From the NCBI GenBank assembly GCA_965208675.1, contig OZ242351.1, positions 2,016,001 to 2,080,000 of the forward strand: a stretch of DNA of 64,000 nucleotides, read 5' to 3'. The DNA comes from Candidatus Poribacteria bacterium. GTDB taxonomy: Bacteria > Poribacteria > WGA-4E > PCPOR2b. Position 1 is the first letter of the stretch. Every line of letters begins with the position of its first letter. The position numbers and the translations under genes were made by a program. Positions 50,461-61,217 of the stretch are shown one piece after another. The notes below the pieces were generated by a model that had not been told where the DNA came from, searched no databases, and saw only the letters and a list, made by a program, of their open reading frames with translations.

Positions 50461-50721
50461 TTGGACGTCGTTAGTCTTCCGTAGCACAATGTAAAATTGT
50501 ACGTTATTTGGCGAAATCCGCTCAACCCAACCTACAAGAGCTTTCAAACAGATTCTAAATATTCAATCTCGTTCGTGCTTCATTATGACCGATAATAACA
50601 CAGCGAAATTTTCAATATCAAAGAAATTTCGACACTCGTGTGAACTAATGCATGAGTTTCTGCTATCCAATACCAAATTTTTAGGGTTGACTTTGTTATT
50701 GTATGCAGCAGGAGGATATTG

Positions 50722-53700
50722 ATGAAACTAGGAATTAAGCCCGTCTGGCAAGGCTTGACAATCACTTTCGCGATGCTCGTAATATTGAATGGCTGTCAAG
50801 AGGAGGTCACCCGCAAGGCTGATTGGGAAACTCATTTTACAGATCTCCATTTCTCCAGCCCCAAACACGGCTGGATTGTGGGCGAAAAGGGGTTTATCAT
50901 TCACACTGGGGACGGCGGCAAGACATGGCACCGCCAGGAGGTTGGGACCGGGGAAGATTTCAAGGCTGTCTACTTTACCAACCGAAAATACGGTTGGGCT
51001 GTCGGCGACAACGGCGTGATTGCCGCGACCGATGATGGCGGCAGACACTGGCACCTGCAGGAAAGCAATACCTCCGGTATGCTGAGAGACGTTGTCTTTG
51101 CGGATTCCAATAAGGGATGGGTTGTGGGAGAAGACAATTACGTGATTGCCACAAAGAACGGCGGAAAAACGTGGGCGCGCCAACAGTATGTGAGCGATTT
51201 TACGCTGAATGGCGTCTGGTTTGTTGACAATCGCCGGGGATGGGCAGTCGGCGAATATGAGAGCGTGCTCCGCACAGACGACGGCGGAAATACTTGGCGT
51301 GAACAAACTACGCGCGAAGGCATCGTACGGAATCGATTGGTCAACGACAACCGGCGTGTGTTTTTCATCAGCGACAACGTCGGCTGGATGGGCGGCAGCG
51401 ATGGTTCAATTTACCATACACAGAACGGGGGCGCACGATGGCAAGGTCAGGACAGCCGCATTCCGAGCATTAACGGCCACGTAAGGGAGACGGTTAACGG
51501 CGTTCACTTTTTGGACAAAAAGCGCGGTTTGGCGGTCGCGGATATCGGGTTTATTTCGTTCACCGAAGACGGCGGCGACAACTGGCGCCTGCTAGAGAGC
51601 GGCACGGAAAACAACCTGATGGCGGTACAGTTCACGAGCCGGAACGAAGCGTGGTCAGTCGGCTGGCACGGGACAATCATGCACTCAAAGGACGGCGGAA
51701 CTACGTGGACGATGAAAAGCGGAACCACATCGAACGACCTGGAAAACATCCAATTTGCGTCGGAGAACCGCGCGGTTGCCGTCGGCAAACGAGGAACCAT
51801 CGCAATCACTGAAGACGGCGGGCAAACATGGGAGGAGGTCGATACAGATATCTGGGACAATATCCGCAACATCTTCTTCATATCCGATCAAGAAGGTTGG
51901 TTGATTGGAGAACGGAACATGATTGCCCATACGACCGACGGCGGACGGACGTGGGCGCGCCAGTACGCGGGCCAGGGCCACATGCTTAACGGCGTGTATT
52001 TTGTTACACGGCAGAAGGGATGGGTCGTCGGCGAACTCGGCACAGTTCTTTACACCGCCGATGGCGGCGCGTCCTGGGTTTCCCAAACAGCGACGGAATT
52101 TCAGTCGCTCAAAGGCGTCTTCTTTCTCAATGGAAAAGAGGGATGGGTTGTCGGATGGCCAGGGATTATCCAACACACGACTAACGGCGGGATGTCATGG
52201 ACGCCGCAGACTTCCGGCACCTTTAACGAATTGTACGCGGTCCACTTTGCTGACAGCCAAAACGGTTGGGTGGTGGGACAGTTCGGGGAAATTCTGCACA
52301 CCAAGGATGGCGGGCAAACTTGGAGATTTCAGCGGAGCGGGGTCAAGGTGAATCTCAACAAAATCTACCTCGCTGACACTATGCACGGCATCATCGTCGG
52401 CGACAATGGAATCATTCTGACTACGACGGACGGCGGCGAGAATTGGATGAAACAGGTGAGCGGTACAGAGAACGACCTTATGGGATTCTCAATTTCGCCA
52501 GAAGGTATGGTCGTAGTCGGCAGAGGCGGTATCGCAATGCGGTATTCGATTGATCCGGCGGAACTCCCGGTGACGCTGCCGTCTGTAGCCAAAGTTGAAG
52601 AACCTCAACCTTCCGAGGATGCCGTAACAGTCGAAGAGGTGATTTACCATTGGGACATTATCCGCCGTGCCGCATGGCAGACCGATTTTACAGACGCCTT
52701 CTTCCTCAATGAGCATACCGGATGGGCTGTCGGTAAAGGCGGGGTTATTGCTCACATAACTGACAGCGGAAAAACTTGGATGCCACAACATAGCGGCGTT
52801 GAGGCGGACCTTAATCAGGTGGCATTTGTTGACCCCCTGCACGGATGGATTACGGGCCGCCGCATGTTGCTGCGGACTGATGACGGCGGCGGCACTTGGC
52901 AGGTGGTCAGAGGTGTTTTGCAGAACCTACAGGGCATCAATACGATGCAATTCATCACGCCTACAGAGGGGTGGCTTGGGGTTGATACCGCACAAATTCT
53001 GCACACAACCGACGGCGGGTTGACGTGGCAGCGCCAACATACCGGCACCTCCGACCAGCCTATAACAGATCTGCATTTTATCAATTCTAGTGAGGGCTGG
53101 GCGGTTTTGAGAGATCGCCGGGAGGGCGGACTGGTCCTTCACACTACAGATGGCGGCGGTTACTGGAAGATACTCGACAAGACAAATTTAGCGGGAATTG
53201 GGGTTTATTTCGCCGATTCGAATTTGGGCTGGGTTGTGCAGGCAAATGGTTCATCGATTGTCACGCACGACGGCGGCTCCACCTGGAAACGGGTCAATTC
53301 GGAATTAGGCTCGTCAACGGGCACGCTTGAGCGGGTAACATTCCGAAACCAAAAAGAGGCATGGGCTTTAAATAGAGATGGCATCCTATACCTCACCAGC
53401 AGCGGCGGTCAAACGTGGGAAGCGGCGAAAGTTCCGCAACATGAGGGTTCATCCGCACACCGGAATGCCGGCGGAGACGAGATCGATTTGTTTTCGCTCT
53501 GGACTGGCGGCGACGGAGAATCCGGCGCTGCTGACGACCCGCCAAGTAACACTGACGATTCGATTTTGGATGCGGATTTCGCAGAGCAGTTTCAAGCGCA
53601 AATTAGCGACCAGCGTCAGCGCACCGGTAGATTCACGCCGGAAGGCGACCTGGTAGGAGATAGCGATGCATCCGCCGACGAATCGCAGACACAGCGGACG

Positions 53701-54762
53701 GATTCCCAACCGGAGCGAATGCGCCGCACGGTCACCAGAATACGCGGCAACCCGTCACTGAACAGGGTTTATTTCTTAAACGACCAGATAGCGTGGGCAG
53801 TTGGCGACGCCGGACATATCTTTCACACTGCGGACGGTGGCGAATCGTGGGAACGACAACTCGGCGAAAGACTTGATGACGCAAGGGATGTCCTTTTTCT
53901 CAACGACCTTCAGGGTTGGATTGCAGGCGACAACGGGCAGTTACTAGAGACGCAAGACGGCGGGCTGACCTGGAAGGACCTGCACATCGACACTCGGCAA
54001 CCGCTTGTCGGCGTACATTTTCCCAGCCTCGATCCAAAATGGGGATGGGCCATGCAACGGGATGGCACGGTTTACTACACGACGGACGGCACAAAATGGA
54101 CTGCGGGTTCAACACCCACACGACCGGGTTTATTCGAAGAGGATCCACCACGGTCGTTTGCCATCAACGATGTTGCGTTTGGCGAATTTTCGCAAGGTTG
54201 GGCGGCTGGCAACGAAGGGCAGATAATTCACAATCAAGACGGCGGGCCCATCTGGACGCAACAACGAACATCTACTGCGAATGACCTTTTAGGCATTAAT
54301 ATCAATTATGCGCCGCTTGGATGGGCGGTCGGACGGGACGGCATCGTGCAAAGGACAATTAACGGCGGCGGCTACTGGAAATATCATGAAACGGATACAG
54401 GCTACGATTTGCACGATGTGTCGTTCATCACCAAACGGAAGGGTTGGGCTGTCGGACGCTACGGCATCATTCTGCGAACGACCGGCGGCGGCTTTAGTTG
54501 GGAGCCCTTGTCGAGCGGGGTCACAACAGATTTATACAGTGTGATTGCACTGAATGAGCAGCGGATTTATGCCGTGGGCGCCAAAGGTACGATCCTCCAC
54601 TCGACCGACGGCGGAGACACATGGAAACAGGAGCATACCGACATCAGCAACGACCTGTACCGAATCGCCCAATCGAAGAAAGGGAACACCCTCTGGGTCG
54701 TTGGACAGTGGGGCGTCGTGCTACGGCGAACGATTGAGCATCCGAAGATGTCAATGCGGTAG
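50722..54762 (+). CDS. Large YCF48-related multi-beta-propeller lipoprotein
   Basis: Lipobox ILNGC; many GW.VG..G.I.HT.DGG.TW repeats; GGAGG RBS. Confidence 0.88.
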   Translation: MKLGIKPVWQGLTITFAMLVILNGCQEEVTRKADWETHFTDLHFSSPKHGWIVGEKGFIIHTGDGGKTWHRQEVGTGEDFKAVYFTNRKYGWAVGDNGVIAATDDGGRHWHLQESNTSGMLRDVVFADSNKGWVVGEDNYVIATKNGGKTWARQQYVSDFTLNGVWFVDNRRGWAVGEYESVLRTDDGGNTWREQTTREGIVRNRLVNDNRRVFFISDNVGWMGGSDGSIYHTQNGGARWQGQDSRIPSINGHVRETVNGVHFLDKKRGLAVADIGFISFTEDGGDNWRLLESGTENNLMAVQFTSRNEAWSVGWHGTIMHSKDGGTTWTMKSGTTSNDLENIQFASENRAVAVGKRGTIAITEDGGQTWEEVDTDIWDNIRNIFFISDQEGWLIGERNMIAHTTDGGRTWARQYAGQGHMLNGVYFVTRQKGWVVGELGTVLYTADGGASWVSQTATEFQSLKGVFFLNGKEGWVVGWPGIIQHTTNGGMSWTPQTSGTFNELYAVHFADSQNGWVVGQFGEILHTKDGGQTWRFQRSGVKVNLNKIYLADTMHGIIVGDNGIILTTTDGGENWMKQVSGTENDLMGFSISPEGMVVVGRGGIAMRYSIDPAELPVTLPSVAKVEEPQPSEDAVTVEEVIYHWDIIRRAAWQTDFTDAFFLNEHTGWAVGKGGVIAHITDSGKTWMPQHSGVEADLNQVAFVDPLHGWITGRRMLLRTDDGGGTWQVVRGVLQNLQGINTMQFITPTEGWLGVDTAQILHTTDGGLTWQRQHTGTSDQPITDLHFINSSEGWAVLRDRREGGLVLHTTDGGGYWKILDKTNLAGIGVYFADSNLGWVVQANGSSIVTHDGGSTWKRVNSELGSSTGTLERVTFRNQKEAWALNRDGILYLTSSGGQTWEAAKVPQHEGSSAHRNAGGDEIDLFSLWTGGDGESGAADDPPSNTDDSILDADFAEQFQAQISDQRQRTGRFTPEGDLVGDSDASADESQTQRTDSQPERMRRTVTRIRGNPSLNRVYFLNDQIAWAVGDAGHIFHTADGGESWERQLGERLDDARDVLFLNDLQGWIAGDNGQLLETQDGGLTWKDLHIDTRQPLVGVHFPSLDPKWGWAMQRDGTVYYTTDGTKWTAGSTPTRPGLFEEDPPRSFAINDVAFGEFSQGWAAGNEGQIIHNQDGGPIWTQQRTSTANDLLGININYAPLGWAVGRDGIVQRTINGGGYWKYHETDTGYDLHDVSFITKRKGWAVGRYGIILRTTGGGFSWEPLSSGVTTDLYSVIALNEQRIYAVGAKGTILHSTDGGDTWKQEHTDISNDLYRIAQSKKGNTLWVVGQWGVVLRRTIEHPKMSMR

Positions 54763-54937
54763 TCCCATGCTTTTCGGGGCAGTAAGGTTCAAGGACACAT
54801 CCGATTACGGATAGAGTGATTCAGAGGGGTAAAAACCGCTAAAAGGACGAACTTTATCTATAGATGCTTGTCTAAAGAAAGAAGTTGAAGGCAAAGAATT
54901 TGAATTCCCAAAACGTGAACCCAAAGGAGAGTTTTCC

Positions 54938-55441
54938 ATGATAAACGGAATGAACACAGAAGAATCCCGATTCTCGAAATGGTTTTTGTTAGTTGCCATG
55001 TTAGCAGTTACGACGGTTATCGTGTTTATGACAAACCAGATCACACAAGCCCAGCGACCTGATCGGAGCGAAATGCGCGATAGACGCGGCGGCGGTATGC
55101 GGGGTGCAAGAGGCGGCGGCGGATTTTCCCCGACTTCTTTGATTGACAGTTCGTGGTCTGATTTGACGTTTGTCGTCAAAGTTGACAATGAGACGCTAAT
55201 CAAAGCCCGCCCGGTGTATCAGAAATCTCGAGACTCGCTTGAGAAAGCCATGAAAGCAGCGCGTGAGACTGGTGACCGCGGTGCGATGCGAACCGCCATG
55301 ATGGAAGTTCGGGAGTCGTTTGAGTCCGAGCTGAATGATGTTTTGACTGAAGAGCAGTCCGCAAAACTTGATGCGTTGCAGCAGAAACGAATGGAGCGGA
55401 TGAGAGGCGGACGGCCCGGCGGAAGGGGACGGGGTCAGTAA
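54938..55441 (+). CDS. Exported Spy/CpxP-like helical protein with RGG-rich segments
   Basis: Signal or TM segment; VLTEEQ motif; RRGGGMRGARGGGG and RGGRPGGRGRGQ. Confidence 0.65.
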   Translation: MINGMNTEESRFSKWFLLVAMLAVTTVIVFMTNQITQAQRPDRSEMRDRRGGGMRGARGGGGFSPTSLIDSSWSDLTFVVKVDNETLIKARPVYQKSRDSLEKAMKAARETGDRGAMRTAMMEVRESFESELNDVLTEEQSAKLDALQQKRMERMRGGRPGGRGRGQ

Positions 55442-55498
55442 ATCGCGGGGCAAGATGCCAGGCCTACAGTAGGTGGGTGCGGTAGATGAAGAAGGGAT

Positions 55499-56276
55499 AC
55501 GGCACACGGAGTGTGAATGCTACTTTAAAACCGTGTTTAAACTTTTTGATTCCAATAGCGATGTCCGCATTCTAGCAGGTGCAAACCTTCCACATTGGTT
55601 TCAACCGCAAGCTACCTACTTTATTACGTATCGGACTGCGGATTCGCTTCCCGGGCATATAGTCAAGCAGTGGCACTCGGATCGGTCAGCGTGGCTTGCA
55701 CAACACGGGATTTCCACGTCAATGCCCAACTGGAAAAATAAACTGGCAGAACTTCCCGAAACTCTTCGAACACGTTTTCATGAAACTTTTACAAGGCAAT
55801 ATTTGGAAAACCTTGACAAGTGTCATGGTGCTTGCGTTTTGATGCAACCGCGACTCTCAAAAATTGTCGCGGACAGTCTTTTACATTTCGACGGGGACCG
55901 CTATCACATGGGCGATTTCGTGGTGATGCCGAATCATGTTCACTTACTGGTTGGTTTGATTGGCGACACAGAGATTTTGAAGCAGTGTCGCTCTTGGAAG
56001 AAGTTCGCTGTCGGCAAGATAAATGAAGTGCTTGGAAAAACCGGACGGTTTTGGCAGGAAGAAAGTTTCGACCATCTCGTCCGTTCGCCGGAACAGTTCA
56101 GTGCCATTCAGCAATATATTAGGAAGAACCCAAGGCATCTTCGGGAGGGTGAATACTTTTTGCATCAGATTTAAAAGTAGTAGGCACACGGAGTGTGCCG
56201 TTGATGTATAATAACTACGGAATGTGGCGGGTGAATATTACGTAAAAGATTACGGCACACGGAGTGTGCCTACTAC
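55499..56276. repeat. REP palindromes ACGGCACACGGAGTGTGCCTACTAC flanking the RAYT (55499-55523, 56177-56201 inverted, 56252-56276)
   Basis: GGCACAC-GGA-GTGTGCC hairpin with GTAG/CTAC foot on both sides of the transposase. Confidence 0.8.
55533..56174 (+). CDS. REP-associated tyrosine transposase (RAYT, Y1_Tnp)
   Basis: LPHW, YFITYRTADSLP, VVMPNHVH, FWQEESFDH, YIRKNP; start GTG 55533 likely. Confidence 0.88.
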   Translation: MFKLFDSNSDVRILAGANLPHWFQPQATYFITYRTADSLPGHIVKQWHSDRSAWLAQHGISTSMPNWKNKLAELPETLRTRFHETFTRQYLENLDKCHGACVLMQPRLSKIVADSLLHFDGDRYHMGDFVVMPNHVHLLVGLIGDTEILKQCRSWKKFAVGKINEVLGKTGRFWQEESFDHLVRSPEQFSAIQQYIRKNPRHLREGEYFLHQI

Positions 56277-56329
56277 TATATGCGGGGTGCGATGCCGCGG
56301 TTACACGGCAGGTGGGCGCAGATTTTGTA

Positions 56330-58330
56330 ATGAGAAAAAAGACGGTAATAATTTGTATTATCGGAGTGGGTGTTATCGGAGTTGGCGGGTTTGTGCTTTA
56401 CGATACGCTATTCTCGTCCACCAAAGAAGAGTCGAACAATTCCGGAATGTCTGACTTAAGAACCGCTACGGTTGAACGCGGCGATATTGATGTCGTGATT
56501 GATGCCACCGGAACAATTGAACCACTGAATATTGTCGAGGTGAGTTCTAAGGCGAGCGGCAAAATTCTTTCTCTGTCTGTAGAGGAAGGAGACGCCGTTG
56601 AAAAAGACGACGTGATTGCGCGTATCGAAACCACCTATGTTGCGGTTGACCTTGAGCAGGCGGAAGCCGACCTTCGCGCTTCACAGGCAAGACTGAAGCA
56701 AGCCGAAATCAATATCCAACTGCAGAAAGACCAGTCGGAAATTCAGATTAAACAGGCTGAAGAAAAGCTCGCCGAATCCAAAAAGCAGCTAGAGCAGCTC
56801 AGCGAGCAGATTCGCATCGAAAAAGAGAAGACGAACAAGCGTCAGGTGGCTGATGCGGAAAACAACCTCAAGATTGCCTCCTTGCGGTTCAAACTGTTGA
56901 CCTCAGAGACTGTTCGTGCTGAAGAGATAAACCGGGCAAACGCGGCGGTTAACCAGGCGGAGGCGAGCCGGGACCTGGCAAAGAAAGAGTACGAACGGAA
57001 GAAAGGGCTATTTGAAAAGAATCTCATCTCCCAATCAGAGCTGGACACCGCCGAAACTCAACTGCAATCCGCTGAGGCGCAACATCAGTCTGCCGTTGAG
57101 CAAGCGAAATTAGTCAAGCAACCTGCCAGCGAAGCGGAGCTAAAGCTAGCGCAGGCAGAGATAGACAAAGCAAAGTTCGCCCTAGATGCGGCGTTGGAGC
57201 AGATTGAAAAACAGCCTTACCGCGACATGGAGATTGAAATTCAAAGCAACCGCGTCGAACAGGCGAAGGAATCGTTGAACCTCGCTGTCGCAAACAAAGC
57301 TCAAATTAGCGTCAAGGAAAAGGAGCTTGAGAACGCCCAAGCGCAGGTCAAACGCAGCGAAGGGCAGTTACAACTCGCGCGGGAGCAGATGCGCGACACG
57401 GAAATCAGAGCGCCGATTTCCGGAACCGTTCTGGAAAAAAGGGTTGAGGAGGGCCAAATTATCTTCTCTAGCTTCGGGGGCGGCAGCCGATCTTCGTTCG
57501 GCACGTCTGAAGGGCAGGTGATTGTAACCATGGCAGACCTGTCACGGGTTTACGTGGTCACGGAAGTCGACGAGACCGACATCGGCAAGGTGAAGGTTGG
57601 GCAGCCGGCGACGATTACCGTGGAAGCCTATCCCGATCAGCCGTTTGAAGGCGAGATACTTCGGATTTCGCCGCAAGGGCAGGTGGTGCAAAATGTGACC
57701 ACCTTTAACGTGATAAGCGAAATAAAAAATACCAGGGCTCAGCAGCGCGGAAGATTCCGACGCGGCGCCGGCGGATTTAACCCGGAACGACGTGAGCAAA
57801 TTCGACAGATGCGAGGGCAGCGCGACGAAACCGATGCCGCCGAGGATTCCCGCACCGAAAACAGAGGTGCGGATAGTTCCGATGATGTAGATCCGTGGAT
57901 GGCGATGATGGATAGTTTTATGGGCGACCAGCCCTCCCCGACAGGCGCGGCTGAACAAGATGTTCAGGTCGAAGCGCCGTTCTTGAAACCCGGTATGAAC
58001 GCGACAGTGCAGATTTCTGCGGCAAGCAGGCGAGCCGTATTGGTATTACCGAATGAGGCTATTCTTACATTTGGCAACCGTAAGATGATACGTCCCATCA
58101 GCGAAGATGGGCAACCGGGGCGCCCGCAACCAATCGTTACCGGTGCCGCGAGTTTTGACACAACTGAAGTCGTCTCCGGCGCGGAAGAGGGGCAGCGTGT
58201 CGCCATCGGGGGCGGACGCCCTAGCGGTAGTGACGCAGATATGCAGCGATTCCGCAGGATGATGCAGAATCCCGCGTCCACGATGCGCCGTATGGGCGGC
58301 GGATTTGGCGGACGAGGGAGAGGGCGGTGA
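56330..58330 (+). CDS. Efflux periplasmic adaptor (HlyD/MacA-like)
   Basis: N-terminal TM; ATGTIEP..VEVSSKASG, long coiled coil, IRAPISGTV, VDETDIGKVKVGQ, LKPGMNA. Confidence 0.88.
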   Translation: MRKKTVIICIIGVGVIGVGGFVLYDTLFSSTKEESNNSGMSDLRTATVERGDIDVVIDATGTIEPLNIVEVSSKASGKILSLSVEEGDAVEKDDVIARIETTYVAVDLEQAEADLRASQARLKQAEINIQLQKDQSEIQIKQAEEKLAESKKQLEQLSEQIRIEKEKTNKRQVADAENNLKIASLRFKLLTSETVRAEEINRANAAVNQAEASRDLAKKEYERKKGLFEKNLISQSELDTAETQLQSAEAQHQSAVEQAKLVKQPASEAELKLAQAEIDKAKFALDAALEQIEKQPYRDMEIEIQSNRVEQAKESLNLAVANKAQISVKEKELENAQAQVKRSEGQLQLAREQMRDTEIRAPISGTVLEKRVEEGQIIFSSFGGGSRSSFGTSEGQVIVTMADLSRVYVVTEVDETDIGKVKVGQPATITVEAYPDQPFEGEILRISPQGQVVQNVTTFNVISEIKNTRAQQRGRFRRGAGGFNPERREQIRQMRGQRDETDAAEDSRTENRGADSSDDVDPWMAMMDSFMGDQPSPTGAAEQDVQVEAPFLKPGMNATVQISAASRRAVLVLPNEAILTFGNRKMIRPISEDGQPGRPQPIVTGAASFDTTEVVSGAEEGQRVAIGGGRPSGSDADMQRFRRMMQNPASTMRRMGGGFGGRGRGR

Positions 58331-58473
58331 GTGCACCGTGCGGGACAAGGATTTTCAAGGACGAAAGGCTCGCGCCGAAACTTAGAGCGGAAATCTTATC
58401 AGACAATACGAAACATTGCGTGATTCGAATGACCGGCGAATTTCACACATTCCAACACTCATAGAGAAAAAAA

Positions 58474-59688
58474 GTGGGACTTCTTGAAGGCTTAAGCAAC
58501 GCAGTGCGCAGTTTGTTCGCCAACAAACTCAGGTCTGCGCTGACCATGCTCGGGGTCATCATCGGTGTGGCTGCGATTATGACAACCACCGCGATTGGCG
58601 AGGGCGCAAAAGCCGACATCACGGAACGGATTCAAACATTGGGTGCGAATATTCTCAGCATTCGGCCCGGACAGACCCGGTTCCGCGGACGCAGCTTCGG
58701 CGAAAGCCAGCGAACGTTGACGTACAAAGATGTTGAGGTGCTGGAACGCCGCATGACAAATGCGCTCCATGTTTCGCCCCGGTTGAACCAACGCACACAA
58801 GCAAAATACTTGAACCGCAACACGAACACAACCGTAGTCGGGTCAACACCCGCGTTTCAGTATACCGAAAATTTTCCCGTTGCGAGCGGCTCGTTTTTCA
58901 CCGATAACGATGTTCGCCGGCGGCAGCGGGTGTGCGTGCTCGGAAAATCGGTCGCCGATGAACTATTTGCTGAAAACGCCGATCCGATTGGGAAAACCGT
59001 TAAAATCAAGGGGCACAACTTCTATGTGCTCGGTGTGTTGAAGGAGAAAGGTGCGTCCGGGTTCCGCAATCCGGACGACCAGATAATTATACCCGTGAGC
59101 ACGGCAATGAAACGGGTCTTCGGAACCGAGTACCTGTCGAGCATCAGTGTGCAAGCCGCTAGCAGCGAAGCCATGGATCCGGCACAGGCTGAAATCGAAA
59201 ATTTGCTGCGGAAACAACACAAGCTGTCCGCCAATAAACCGCTTGACTTTCACGTGCGCAACCAAGCCATGTTCTTGGAGACGCTGGAGGAATCCGGGCA
59301 GACCTTCACCTATATGATTCTCGGTATAGCCATAGTCTCGCTGGTTGTGGGAGGCATCGGGATTATGAATATCATGTTGGTCTCCGTAACGGAGCGTACA
59401 AAGGAAATTGGTTTGCGGAAAGCAGTGGGCGCTAAACGCCGGGATATCTTGGGCCAGTTCTTAATAGAGTCCACCGCGCTCTCGGTAATCGGCGGGTTGA
59501 TTGGGATTGGCGTCGGCGTGTTTTGCGCCAAGATGGTGCCTTCCTTATGGGAATGGCGAACGATTATTTCGCCGATTTTCACGGGGTTGGCGTTCTTCGT
59601 TGCGGGTTGGATCGGAATTTTTTTCGGCGCTTATCCGGCATGGAAAGCCGCGAAGCTGTCTCCGATTGATGCGTTGAGGCACGAGTGA
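58474..59688 (+). CDS. ABC transporter permease (MacB/FtsX family)
   Basis: NKLRSALTMLGVIIGVA, VGGIGIMNIMLVSVTERTKEIGLRKAVGA, PIDALRHE. Confidence 0.92.
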   Translation: MGLLEGLSNAVRSLFANKLRSALTMLGVIIGVAAIMTTTAIGEGAKADITERIQTLGANILSIRPGQTRFRGRSFGESQRTLTYKDVEVLERRMTNALHVSPRLNQRTQAKYLNRNTNTTVVGSTPAFQYTENFPVASGSFFTDNDVRRRQRVCVLGKSVADELFAENADPIGKTVKIKGHNFYVLGVLKEKGASGFRNPDDQIIIPVSTAMKRVFGTEYLSSISVQAASSEAMDPAQAEIENLLRKQHKLSANKPLDFHVRNQAMFLETLEESGQTFTYMILGIAIVSLVVGGIGIMNIMLVSVTERTKEIGLRKAVGAKRRDILGQFLIESTALSVIGGLIGIGVGVFCAKMVPSLWEWRTIISPIFTGLAFFVAGWIGIFFGAYPAWKAAKLSPIDALRHE

Positions 59689-59699
59689 GGAGAAAGGAC

Positions 59700-59741
59700 T
59701 AATGAGTAATGCGTAATCAGTAATGCGTAAGGAGTAAGGAG
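59700..59741 (+). repeat. Heptamer tandem repeat, 6 units (STRR-like)
   Basis: TAATGAG TAATGCG TAATCAG TAATGCG TAAGGAG TAAGGAG. Confidence 0.8.
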
Positions 59742-59827
59742 AAATGTAGGGGCAGGTATTGAGTTTGCCCATTAATTTTTTCTGGTGGGTGGGTTTGCAC
59801 GGACGCGCTCGGCTTGGAGGCAAAAAA

Positions 59828-60958
59828 ATGGGATTGAATTTAGAACTCGAAACGCCTCACATTTTGTTGGATTATGAGCGGCTGCAGGCAAACATCCGGC
59901 TGATTCAGAACATAGCCGATGCGCACGGCGTCAGTCTCCGCCCGCATATCAAAACCCATAAGTGCCTTGAAATCGCGCAGCGACAGATTAATGCAGGCGC
60001 GGTCGGCATTACGGCTTCAAAGGTAGACGAGGCGCTTGTATTTATTAAAAACGGCATCAGTTCCGTCACTGTGGCGTATCCACTCGCAGTGACTTCAAAG
60101 CTAGACCGCCTGATTGCCGCTGCACACGCGCATGACGCCGATCTTCGACTCATCGTTGACAGCCCTGCAGGGGTAAATGCGATCGCTTGTGCGGCGGAGA
60201 AACACCAAAAACAGATTGATGTCTTCTTGAAAATTGATGTGGGGCTGCACCGATGCGGACTCACGGAAGGCGATCCGCATATGGTCGGGCTGGTGCAAAG
60301 CATTATCCAAAAATCCGCTCTGAATTTTGTAGGGCTTTTATCCCATGCGGGACACACGTACGGGGCAGAAGACATGGAGGCGGCACGGAATATCGCCCAA
60401 GAAGAGTGCGAGATTATGAAGCGCGTGCGTGCGAAGCTGGAAGGCACCGGTATTGACGTCGCGGAAGTGTCCGTTGGATCCACACCCGGCACGCTTGCGA
60501 GCGATAGCTACGACGGCATCACGGAAATTCGACCCGGCAATTACGTGTTTATGGATAGGATGCCGCTGCGCCTCAAGCTCATCGAGCCAAACCAGATTGC
60601 GCTCTCCGTGCTGGCAACGGTCGTGAGCCAAAACGCCGACTACTATATTATTGACGCCGGATCGAAAACCTTGAGTTCCGACCAAGGCGCACACGGCATG
60701 ACGGGGATGGAAGGATTCGGACTCGCGTATCCCGCGGATCAGTTTGAAGACAAAGATTACGAAATGATTGTCGCCAAACTATCGGAAGAACATGGATTCG
60801 TAACCAGGAAGGGTTTCGATTTGGAGATTGGCGCACTACTTCGAATCGTGCCAAACCACGCATGTGTCGTAGCAAACCTATTAGACACTTATGCGGTGCT
60901 AAAAGACGGACACATCACCGAGCAGTGGGACATCGCAGCGCGCGGTTGTGTGCATTAG
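59828..60958 (+). CDS. PLP-dependent fold-type III enzyme (D-threonine aldolase/DSD1 D-serine dehydratase family)
   Basis: LRPHIKTHK, SHAGH, GSTP, EIRPGNYVF.D, IDAGSK, SEEHG, PNHAC. Confidence 0.88.
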   Translation: MGLNLELETPHILLDYERLQANIRLIQNIADAHGVSLRPHIKTHKCLEIAQRQINAGAVGITASKVDEALVFIKNGISSVTVAYPLAVTSKLDRLIAAAHAHDADLRLIVDSPAGVNAIACAAEKHQKQIDVFLKIDVGLHRCGLTEGDPHMVGLVQSIIQKSALNFVGLLSHAGHTYGAEDMEAARNIAQEECEIMKRVRAKLEGTGIDVAEVSVGSTPGTLASDSYDGITEIRPGNYVFMDRMPLRLKLIEPNQIALSVLATVVSQNADYYIIDAGSKTLSSDQGAHGMTGMEGFGLAYPADQFEDKDYEMIVAKLSEEHGFVTRKGFDLEIGALLRIVPNHACVVANLLDTYAVLKDGHITEQWDIAARGCVH

Positions 60959-61217
60959 CAAAGGGTGACAGTGGACGGTACGATTCTGTACGGCGCGTCA
61001 AATATCTACGTGAAGGGTGGATTTGATCTCCTTGGCGGGAATTACAACCTCAAGGTTAATTATCTAGTCACGGGTGCAATACGCGCAAGAACCGCTGAGA
61101 GCGATTTGTTTTAGCTAGAGCCAATCATGTTTTTTTCGCAAATCTGCGTACGCCATTGATGATGGGGCTAGCCCGTTCCTGATTGCCGCAGGATACGATA
61201 GCGATGGGGAATCTTCA

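Noticed and set aside
60964-61113. ~49-codon ORF after the PLP enzyme
   Set aside because: Short, with no recognisable motif; may be a gene remnant but cannot be supported.
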